DNA of 33,193 nucleotides. Origin: Basidiobolus ranarum (taxonomy: Eukaryota). The stretch is taken from assembly GCA_040143965.1 (NCBI GenBank), contig JASJQH010000077.1, forward strand, positions 1-33,193, in the 5' to 3' direction. The position numbers were made by a program, and so were the translations under genes. The notes beneath the pieces are model-generated. The model made no database searches and had not been told where the DNA came from. It saw only the letters and a program-made list of their open reading frames with translations. Of the stretch, positions 23,316 through 33,193 are shown in pieces. Each line of letters begins with the position of its first letter. Within the stretch, counting starts at the first letter, position 1.

Positions 23316-25576
23316 ATGTTGATCACAATCATCCAATGGTTTTTATTACTTTCTCTGTACAATGGTTCAACTTATGGTGTAGCCATTCAAGATTTTCAAG
23401 GGGGAGTTACTTACTTGGTGGAATTTCAAAATCCTGCTGGTGATTCAGAGGCTTGTACACAACAACAAGAGAACTTTCTATCGAACATGAAAGAGAGGGG
23501 GGTTTGGACCAAGAAAAGGGTATCTTTTTCACGATTAGTGAACGCCATGTCAGTGGAATTTCTCTCAGAGCATTTGAATTCGGTTTCTGAAGCCCCTGAT
23601 GTTGTCCGAGTTTGGCCAGTGGTAGGTCATATCAGTAAATTAATTAGAGTCCCTTGATCAACTTTGCCGAGTCGCTCGATTAACTTTTGGAAATTTAACC
23701 ATTTAGAATGCGTTTACATTAAATGCTGGTGACATAATTCAAGCCATTGCTCAACCTGGATCATCATCCCTCGCTCGATTGGCTCTTAGCATGACTGGGA
23801 TTGACACGGTTAGGGCCAAATACGGATACACTGGAAAGGGGGTTAGAATTGGTGTTATTGATACGGGGGCTGATTGGAGTCATCCAGATCTGGGCGGTTG
23901 CTTCGGGGAAGGGTGTAAAATTCGATATGGTTATGACTTTGTAGGTGATGAATATGGGAGGAAATCCCCTAACCCAAGACCCGATAGTGATCCAAAGGAC
24001 TGTCATGGTCATGGAACTCATGTCACTGGAATCATTGGTGCAAAAGGTTCGGATTATTCTGGAATCTCTCCTGATGCCACCTTGGGAGTTTACAAAATCT
24101 TTGGCTGTAATGCAGATACAACAAGCGATGAGTACATCATTCAAGTAGGAATTCAAAATTGGTTCAATTAGTATGTTCACTTTGTTTGATTTCCGAAAGT
24201 AATCTTCTTTCTTGAAGGCTCTCGAGATGGCGGTGCAAGATGAGATGGACGTGATAAATCTATCATTAGGATCACCAGTCCCTTGGTCTCAAACATTGGC
24301 GGCCAAAGCGGTAAATAGAGCGGTAGCACGAGGAGCATCCGTGGTTGTTTCATTTGGTAATGATGGTAGAGCTGGATTATGGTCCGGAAGTGAGCCATCA
24401 GTGGCTAGTGAATCTGCTGCTGTTGTTTCTTTAGAAGAAACCAAGGTTTCTGATTTTTCTTCATGGGGCCCAGATTTTGAGTTGAACATTAAACCAGATA
24501 TAGGAGCACCTGGAAGAAGAATTTTTTCAACATGGCCAGTCTCCAAGGGAATGTATGCATTATTGTCAGGAACTTCCATGGCAGCGCCTCATATTAGTGG
24601 AGCCATCGGACTATACATTCAAGGCAAAGGAAGAAGATCACCAAAAGGAATCATTGAAAAGTTGCTGACTACATCTGATCCCATCGCCGACAACAGCAAT
24701 GGTATGTTGGCACCAGTAGCCAGACAAGGTGGCGGAATGCTAGATTTGCCTAAGGCCATCGAGTCGGATACTTTGATAAGACCCGCAAAAATAGCACTAA
24801 ACGATACTGCCCATGCCATAACATTGCGCGTGATAACACTTACAAACGAGGGTATCGTCTCACAAACTTACCAATTAGCACATTCTCCCTCTGCCTCCAT
24901 CAATGGCTACCTACCTAATGGTAAATTAACCGATGCACCACGAATGAGTCCGCAATATGCTACGGTTAAGTTTGATAAAGCTAGTTTGACTATTGAGCCT
25001 GGACAGAGTCAAACTTTTCAAGTTGAAATTATCCCACCATTATTACCAAATAATCAATATTGGATCTATAGTGGATACATTGATATACACCAAGAACAAT
25101 TAGACACCACGTATCACGTCCCGTACTTGGGAATTAGTGGCGACCATTCTAGCCTTCCGATTCTTGGCGATACGGAATTCCCTGCTTTAATAACCCAAAG
25201 AACTGGAAATGCATTATTTGTTGAACAATCACAAACTGTCATGGCTTCATTACGTGGAAGTGACACAGTTTCTCTATTATTTCGCTTGACTCACCCTACG
25301 GCCTTGATTAATATCAGAATTTGGAGAGTTGATGGCGGTACACCCGAACTTAAGGGCTATTTAGCAAGAAAAGAGTTTTTAGGCAGGAGTATTGATGGTG
25401 AAATCCAATCGTTACGTTGGAATGGGCGGATAGAAAATATTTCTGGACGAACAGTTGATATAGCAGAAAGAGGGGCTACTTATCAACTAGTCATTGAAAC
25501 CCTCAGACCATTTGGTTCACCACAGAATAGCCAAGATTACGACCGGTGGTTCTCCCCAAGAATATTCGTTAATTGA
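23316..25576 (+). CDS. Secreted subtilisin-like serine protease (S8, Vpr/C5a-like with Fn3-like C-terminal domain)
   Basis: Exons 23316-23621, 23707-24144, 24218-25576 (700 aa). Signal peptide, I9-like propeptide (YLVEF...NAMSVE...VVRVWPV), triad VIDTG / HGTHV / GTSMAAPH, oxyanion GNDG, VARQGGG, and an Fn3-like region containing IYSGYI and YHVPYLG. Confidence 0.93.
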
Positions 25577-26200
25577 TCCAAGTCAGATATACAAGATTCA
25601 GTCCAGTCACTACTCACATTTGGAAATGTCTTTTGAAAACGTCATTGTTACTGAACATTATTACTAGATCCATTGCAAGCCTTTCTTAATATTTCCTTAT
25701 TGATACCAAGTATGACTACCAACTATAAGTAAATTCCACATTTAGCATTCAAAGAATCTTGATATAAGTAAGACTGATACTACTTTATCCGAGATCACGA
25801 TCTGCTGAAAACGTGCTAGCAGGACTCCTGAATGTTACATGTATATATATATAGATTAGATCAGTATCAACAAGTGATGAGGATTCAGGACACGGATTTT
25901 CTTAGCTCCGGCTAATTCGTGGTTTTTGATCCTTATTGTTTATATTAAAAATTCGATTATAGGATTCGCATCGTAAGCATCTGTTCACCAATCTTTAATA
26001 TTGATATCGATCACCGACAACGATTAGAAGCACTGATAAATATTTATGGTTCAAGAAAAGTGAAACCCTAAGAAATGGTCGAAGATGAAAGGTAGTGTTG
26101 AGACAGAGGGATAAAAATATATTACAGAAAAATCAAATCGTGATAAGCATTAACAGGTAAATCCGGATAAATCTCCAATTTCAACCACGTGGAAGTGTCC

Positions 26201-27061
26201 TTATTTTGAAACTTTTTGGCGTTTGTTCGTTGTGAATGGGTCGTCAACATCTACACTTCGAATTGGCGAAGATGAAGGTGCCTCGCAGTTAACTGTGCAC
26301 TCCTCTTCAGCTTCTTCAGATATAAACAACAAGTCACGATCACGTAATGGTGAAACGGGCGAGCTAATCACTTCAAATTCAACTTCTCCTTGAATATTAG
26401 GTAGAGGTCTTGACAGTTTTTCAACAGGAGCATGAGGGTCTTGCCTTTCAATAGAGTGACCTTCTTGGGGCTGACGTGGTTTGAGTTCGATCACGTCTCC
26501 TTGAATAGAAAGTCGTCTAAGTTTCGGTGGGTTATTGTAGCCGTAAGTGGCTGGGCTCATTACTGAGATTTTTGTTGGAAGTTTAGCTGGAGTGTTAGAA
26601 AGAAGACACTTTATAAATGGTGAAGTTGGCTCGTCTAAAGAATTGTGTGAATTATTTAGACGGATGGGGGAAACTGCAATATCAACAAGTGGTTGGCGGA
26701 TTTGGTTCTTTTGAGAAAATACATCAGTTCTCTCTAACTCTCTACGCTCGCTATCTCTCATCAATCGAATGGCCAAAGGAGTCTGACTCTCTGCTCCAAG
26801 TAAACCAGTTTTCGTGTCCTTAACGCGATTAGCAGAAAACAGACTTTGGGCAAGATTAACTGACATTCTCCTTCTGATAGGAGAGTTCAAACCAGGAGCA
26901 AGATGACTTGAGCTTGTAGATGCTTTATCGAAACCTTGATTGACTGTTATTGATCGATCTGGGGGAGGCAATGTCCAGCATTGACGTTTCTCCTCAGAAG
27001 GCATTGTTTTATGACAAGAGTGTTTAGAATTGGGTGTTAGGGAGCAATTTAGGGTAGACAT
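26201..27061 (-). CDS. Hypothetical disordered S/P-rich protein
   Basis: Intronless 286-aa ORF rich in S/P/R/E, with repeated SPIR/SPLR motifs and a basic C-terminus (NKRQKVSK). No domain recognised. Confidence 0.65.
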   Translation of the reverse strand: MSTLNCSLTPNSKHSCHKTMPSEEKRQCWTLPPPDRSITVNQGFDKASTSSSHLAPGLNSPIRRRMSVNLAQSLFSANRVKDTKTGLLGAESQTPLAIRLMRDSERRELERTDVFSQKNQIRQPLVDIAVSPIRLNNSHNSLDEPTSPFIKCLLSNTPAKLPTKISVMSPATYGYNNPPKLRRLSIQGDVIELKPRQPQEGHSIERQDPHAPVEKLSRPLPNIQGEVEFEVISSPVSPLRDRDLLFISEEAEEECTVNCEAPSSSPIRSVDVDDPFTTNKRQKVSK

Positions 27062-28505
27062 TGATCACTACCCAAGTAGAAATACAGAAGATGTTGATCA
27101 AGTTCCGATGAATATCTGTGATGATCGATGGAGGGAAATCAACGCAATAAATATTGTTGACACCCTTGCTATGAGAGGTCAAAACAAACGAATTGCAATG
27201 GCCGAGATTGCGCTAACTACAACAGGGGCTACTGACCATGCTCCACAGATCCAGATACAGAGCTTGAATAAAGGGCATTTGATGATTATTTCTATTTTAT
27301 GATTTAATTAGATCTCAGTTGAATGCACATACGTTGTTATGGTAGGCTTATTACGCCTACAAGCAGCTCCAAAGTTAGATCAGCTATATACAAACAAAAG
27401 CAGTTCTTCTGATAGGCTCAGCTCAATTAGAAAGGTAAATTTGATTCACTGTTTTGGAAGAATCATGGCTAATCGTTGTAGTCTTTCTAAGCAGATGTTC
27501 TATCGAGTTTCCGTTTAAGCCATTATAGACTAAAAATAACCAGATTGGAAAAATCACCATCAAATGATTTATTATTGGAGGAGGGTCTGTGCACCTATAA
27601 GTGAAGTTTAACCTTTTGTGAAAAGAAATCACAGGTTTCGGCTATCTCAGATTTTATGGGAAATCGTTACAGGAAATACTTGGAGTCAACAGGATTGAGC
27701 CGAGAGAGAGGTGATACACTACAAAGATTATCGTATTCGATAGTCGGTATTTGGTCAATTCATGAGACCTCGGGACACTTTGGCCTGTGTGGTAAGTTAT
27801 ACAGTGCAGCTGTTGTTCAACACTAGTAACTACCATGAAACTCATTCAGCTAAATCCCGTATAACTGGGGGAATCCAAAACCAGTGTTTACCATATGTCA
27901 GTTCCATCAATTTGGTCAGATCGCAAATCTAATTTAACTGTATTGATGGGCGATGGAATAGAAAGTACCAACTAATAGGTTAATTTGTATTGGTTACATT
28001 CCATGATGGCTGAGTGGGGATGCTGATTGAATGGTATGCAGAGACTGCCTTCACCTATCTGGCCATTTCACCTTGAACACAAAAATAGTAACACTTACAG
28101 TGATAGTAGTAAATTCCGAGTTCGCGCATTAAGATGTACCTTACTCGATTAAGATTCCGCTTCATTGGGTGGCCTAGAATAAATACGACCACAAGTAATT
28201 CACTCATCACTGAATTTCCCCAAAGCATTATATCAAGATAAAGGTGTTGTATGGATATGGGTGGCGTAGGAATAGATTAATCAAATACGTTACTGTATAC
28301 ATGCATATCTTTACTACATTGAATGCCTAAAGCTCTTCAACAGTGATAACTATTGACTGAAAAGTACATTTCAGCCACTGGTGCTCTTATCTATACGAAT
28401 CTTCACTTCTTAGGTAGAATGTAACTGTATTAATCGAAAGTATGCTATCTTGGCGGTTGCTTGGAAACAATATTAACTTTAAATCATACGTGAGTAATTT
28501 ATTAG

Positions 28506-30226
28506 TCAGCCTTGATAGTATAGTACTGATCTATTCGCCAATTCGATTCCAATGGCTGCTGCATGCTGCTTAATATCCTCTTTCGCTTTGGGAAAGACTT
28601 TGACCAGGATCTGACAGTTGCAAATAAATATGAAGAGAATCAGAGGATGTTACATTGGAAGGAAACAAAGAATTAAACCTTACCGATGCGCTTACGAACT
28701 TCCCACCTATGCAAACAATCATTTTTTCCAGATCTCGATCCGCTATGCTTTCCGGGTCTAACATGCCTGGCATAGCCTCAGTGCTAGATATGTCTTCGTA
28801 GGTGCCATTGGCGTTAGGGACAAACAGCGTGTACTTGTTTTTATTGAGCAAGCTAGTACATTTATCAAACGGTGCCCACTCATAAGTAATCTGATATGGG
28901 TGTAGTAATTAGCAAGGGGTTTCGCGACAAAGAGGACAGTTGGTCATTCTTACCGGATCCAGCAGCTCTGATGGCTTATATTCACCTTTGTATTTCATCT
29001 TCGAGCAAGTATGAATGTAATAACCTAAAAAACATGCAGCACGTTGATATTATGTTCGCTTTAAAACAGGTCGCGCACAAAGATTACCCATCATATAATA
29101 TTGGATACTTGGAATCAGTTGATTCAGCTCCAACGTAAGAGCAATCTCACGTAGAGCACTGTACTTGCCCAAAGCAAGATACCCGTACTCTGGATCATAA
29201 AAGAAATATACTGATGACACAGAGGTGGGTAGAATGTCAATTACACCAACAGCTATAAGTTTTCCGTCCAAGAAGTAGCTTTGATGGAATGAGCCAAATC
29301 CCAAGAAAGCAGAGTTTTCGGTTTTCTCTAACTGATATGTTCATTAGTATCTGGTGGACTAGTGGTTATATACCAGCTTGAAGAGGGCTACCTCCATGGG
29401 TGATTCAATGAGGAATCTCTTGAAAGTAGATTTGCTGATCTTCTCAGGCTCATCATGATGAACTGTGATTTGATATTTTCGATAGAGTTGATACTTTTCT
29501 TCTGTATAAGATGCTGGCTCTAGTTTGACCTATATACGCGACATATTTTCATTAAACACATGGTAAGAATATTGTTCGTATGGCTATAATCACCTCAAAT
29601 TTATGGGCGGTGGAAGCTGAATGGTGGTCAATCGAATGGATTGCTTCGATTAAGTCTTCTTTAGGGGATTTCTCACTCGTTGTGCCATCGTTTCTCTTAG
29701 CTTCACTTGGTTGATTGGTCTGGGTTTTCAATTTTTCAGGTACATATTCACCATTAACATACCGGTTGAGCCGGTTAATAATTTTGCGATTTTTCTTTGT
29801 GTATTGAAAGTCCTTCGCAATAAGTCTTAAAGAAATATTAAGCATTGTTGTTGTATATTTCTATTATATGACGCTGTTTGATTACCGAATTGTATACTGT
29901 CTGCAGCAGGTTTCGCGTAAGTTAGGTTTGTAGACATAAGTGCCTGATCTTTAACACAGAGGACTGATTAGTGAAGTGATCTTTTAGAAGTACCAAGTGA
30001 TTATGGGTTCTTTACCTTCGCCAACCACGGTTGATCATGTGTTGATAATCCTTATTTATATAAGCTTTAGAACGCTTTAAGCATATAAGATGGAAGGTCA
30101 TAGCCTTACTTTGCAAGTTAGAGTATGAGCAAATAAGCCATAACTATGAGAGGAGTCTTCCTGAGAGCAGTATCCACAGTCCGAAGTATGTTCACCCGCT
30201 GTAATGAATATGGAGGTATGGGACAT
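28506..30226 (-). CDS. ATE1: Arginyl-tRNA--protein transferase
   Basis: About 9 exons, from ATG at 30226 (MSHTSIF...DCGYC) to stop TGA at 28508-28506. Motifs [78 protein letters not shown]...[12 protein letters not shown] and [28 protein letters not shown]. Confidence 0.95.
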
Positions 30227-30594
30227 TGCAATATATTACTATAAGGCAGCTACAATTACGTTTGGTACTGGGTGAGTAAGCAGTATGAAATCATCACCCT
30301 AAGGGCTTTCTTTTTCTAATCATGACCTCAAAATCAGCTATCTGGTATTTCTGTTTAAAAGTAAGTGAAAGTTATTCAAACTATAGAAAAGTTGATGTAT
30401 GATGTAGCTAACCAATAAGAGAAGAAGGATGTTGATTGAAATCGAATTACTTGTTAATGTTATAATCAAAACAAACAACTTCAAGTAACGAGTAGAATTA
30501 AAGGCTAAAGCTACTACAAATCCCCTTTAAAAGAAACATTTGATTTATCTAGAAAGATAAAAATACTATTCGTAAAATAACCCTTAGCAATAAT

Positions 30595-32025
30595 ATGAGT
30601 GTTCGTTCTCGGCGTGAAAATTTTCTCAAACTAGAAGAAAGCTTGGACGATTGTATTACAGCGCTTCAATTATGTACTGATTCTGTGGATAGCTCCATTG
30701 CAAAGTTGAAGTATACAACGCGCGACACTTCTCGATTAAACAAAATATTCGAATTGCAACAGGTTAGCAATTATTCACTTATACACGACAGGAAAGTAAT
30801 GTAACTAACCGAGAGTTTTGAACAGAACTATGATTTACTAACACAGGGACAAATCCATGAAGCCCAGACAGCCCTCACGCAGGAGTTATTGCCACATATA
30901 GAAAACTTGTTCTCGCATGTAGACGATATCAATAATCAACTGGAAGATAAACTTATATTGCTGGAAGAGGAATTGGAAAACAAGTCGAACACAGAAAATC
31001 AATTGATACAACAGAGGAAAATTAGAGAGCCACTTGAGAAAAAATTATCCACCTTGAAAGCAAATAAAGAAGAGCTTCAAAAGAGTTTGCAGACCGTTGA
31101 TGAAGAGTTGGAGTTAAAGGTTTGATGGGTTTTCTTGGATCAATTCTTTTGCAGAGCTAATATTTCTTTCATGGAATTAGGAGCAGGAATTATGCGCCCT
31201 AAATGAAGCTATATCAAATGTAAATCTTGGTTCATTGTTTTTTGTGCTATGATTCCAGTATGATAACTGTTATTCCCTAGAATCCTACACCCCCCAAGCC
31301 CAAGAACACATCAAAACACCAACAGCTGATCGAGGAATTAAGGTCAAAGCTTGATTTGATAGATTCACAAATTAGCCAGAAAGAGCGCTCCATTGAAGAG
31401 CGATCGAAGACAATCAGCAAATCGTCAGACGAAGCCGAGACTGGAGATCAGCCAATCTCACATGGTATGTACATCTTTGTTGTATCGATATTGAGTGCAT
31501 GGACTGATTGGATATTGCTTAGACCAACTCTCGGACACTCTCTATTCACATCTGGGGTATTTCCAAACCAAAACACTCACGATGGTAGACCAACGAGTAA
31601 GCCAGAAGATACAAGACTATCTTCATACTCTAAAGACCTGCCAATCCAAGATTTCCGAGAAAGATACAGCAACCCCTTCGGTGTCAGCTCACCAGATCAA
31701 GTGCCTCTTCAAATTATTCTTCCCAACGAACAACGTCGGTGTAACTATGTCCAGGATCATGGAGCTACTCATTCAAGATGAATCGAAATCAATTCGTCTT
31801 GAAGATATACGCAAGGTTTGTGTAGATTTCGTTCATTTTCTCTTTCAAAGCCTATCTTGTGTATTGTAACTAAATGAAAATTTACAGGAATTCCCGCCTG
31901 ATGAAGAGGCTCGTCATCATTTCACGACTGCCATTCAAATTTTGAGAAATTTAAAACTTGTAGATGCTAAAGATGAAATCGAGAATGGTCCAGGAGATGC
32001 TCTTATTCAATTATGTTTACTTTAG
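30595..32025 (+). CDS. DASH/Dam1 complex subunit Spc19-like N-terminal domain plus long C-terminal extension
   Basis: Exons 30595-30762, 30826-31119, 31181-31219, 31281-31464, 31523-31815, 31888-32025 (371 aa). The N-terminus SLDDCITAL...SVDSSIAKL...TRDTSRLNKIF...NYDLL....IHEAQTAL.QELLPHIENL fits the Spc19 pattern (SL..C...L...S...L...T.D.PRL..V....FEL.....L..A...L..EI.PQI..L). Confidence 0.7.
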
Positions 32026-32251
32026 TTTTCCATAATATGTCATCGTTTTACATTCAACAACACCATTAAATGAACTGCTTTCTAATAATACATTATGGGT
32101 GGTCTTCCTTCTACTCGTTACTAATGCTACTGAGTGGTAGCGTTATTCTCAAATCAATAGCTGATCTTATTAAGAAAAGTGAATGGCAATAGTCTATAGT
32201 TAAGACGGAATGGCAATCAAGAAAGTAAAGGGTAGATGGTGTTGAGGAAAG

Positions 32252-32965
32252 TTAAATCGAGTTTGTGTGGGGCGAATATTCCACACCATTCCATAGCATA
32301 GCAAATTTCCATACTATTTCTCCCTCCAGAGTTGGTGAGAATTTTCTAGTTATCATTAACTCAGGTAAAAGTTTCTCAGTAGCTAAGTTAAAGTGAAATC
32401 CAACAATATCAAGATTCTCATTCACAGTTATCAATATGATGGGTGCTTTTGCCGGAGAAAACTGAGCCAACGCAAATTTCGTGAACCCTTTATTGGACAC
32501 TAAAATCCCTAAAGTACCTGGAGTCTCTCGCTCAACAGTCGCCTGAATTTCTCGTACATAATTTGGGCCCACTTTTTTCTTTTCGTGTTTACATTGCGCT
32601 ACGATTGGTAAAGTGCGGCCAGGTAAAGTCCAACTACCTCGTAAATCTACGCCTTTATCATCTGAACCACCGCAACGACGAGTCTCAATGTGGAAATTTT
32701 TCAGTAGTTTGTTGATTTGATACTCGAACAAGGTGCCAACAAAATACTTGCTAGTGGGATCATAGTCACATTGCAAGAAACTTTCTAAATCATTATGAGA
32801 GCGCTTATTAGGCTTATGTATTACGGTCCTATCAAGCGAGCTTAGGCTTGTCAAGTTTCTACGAGTGTTAAAGAATAGATTTCTCCCCTGCGAACACCAA
32901 GTGAAGTGATGTAGCACTAAACGAGTGACTCTTGGTATACTGGTGAGATATTTAGACCAAACCAT
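32252..32965 (-). CDS. RRG7: RRG7/DUF2034-like PD-(D/E)XK nuclease-fold protein, probably mitochondrial
   Basis: Intronless 237 aa. Arg/Ser-rich N-terminus lacking acidic residues (targeting-peptide-like). Motifs GTLFEY, GGSDDKGVDLRGSW, IVAQCK, KVGPNYVRE and GILVS..GFT. Confidence 0.8.
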   Translation of the reverse strand: MVWSKYLTSIPRVTRLVLHHFTWCSQGRNLFFNTRRNLTSLSSLDRTVIHKPNKRSHNDLESFLQCDYDPTSKYFVGTLFEYQINKLLKNFHIETRRCGGSDDKGVDLRGSWTLPGRTLPIVAQCKHEKKKVGPNYVREIQATVERETPGTLGILVSNKGFTKFALAQFSPAKAPIILITVNENLDIVGFHFNLATEKLLPELMITRKFSPTLEGEIVWKFAMLWNGVEYSPHTNSI

Positions 32966-33193
32966 GATGAGAAGTTACAATAATAGATAGAAAAAAAGAA
33001 TTGAAACTAATCTGTTCACAACATGATTGATTTTTGATAGAATAACGATGATTTGACAGCTCAAAAACGAAATATCACGTTTATTTAGTTTTTTAGGATA
33101 TATCCATCACAAGTTACAAAATTCCCATTCCTATTCTTTGCCTAATATTCGATGGCAAAATCAATCTGGATACAATTTGGGAATTCGAAATTT

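Noticed and set aside
174..26823. Numerous antisense or alternate-frame ORFs overlapping the main genes in the ORF track
   Set aside because: They are shadows of real coding regions, with no independent motifs.
27030..28480. Short ORFs (69-90 aa and smaller) in the intergenic region between the SP-rich gene and ATE1
   Set aside because: No domain motifs, no consistent splice pattern linking them, and no RNA-gene signature recognised.
3373..30305. Scattered telobox-like motifs (AACCCTA/TAGGGTT) at about 3374, 5529, 7870 and 26064, and ACCCTAA at 30296
   Set aside because: They are isolated 6-9-mers, not arrays, and a handful is expected by chance in 33 kb.

Overview
Gene-dense, AT-rich eukaryotic nuclear DNA with many short (about 55-110 nt) spliceosomal introns. 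Gene content and intron style point to an early-diverging fungus (Zoopagomycota/Mucoromycota-like; inference). I reconstructed 14 protein genes by hand: the 3' part of an ACU/type IIC-like P-type ATPase, an IAH1-like SGNH hydrolase, cytidine deaminase, a C1orf109/AIRIM-like protein, a membrane-anchored beta-lactamase-family serine hydrolase, a compact Epl1-like protein, XRN1, a Mug60-like multi-KH protein, LSM2, a secreted S8 subtilase, an orphan disordered SP-rich protein, ATE1, an extended Spc19-like protein and an RRG7-like nuclease. There is also a degenerate pair of LTR-like repeats (TGTTG...CAACA). The main anomalies are: a single in-frame TAG at a conserved Leu in an otherwise intact XRN1; a catalytic Ser-to-Ala (GDA) in the IAH1 homolog; an EPcA-only Epl1 paralog; an Spc19 domain fused to an extra coiled coil and a possible winged helix; and a bacterial-style serine hydrolase carrying introns. 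No tRNA, rRNA or CRISPR array was recognised, and I could not support a multi-gene novel system. All family assignments come from motif recognition, not database searches.
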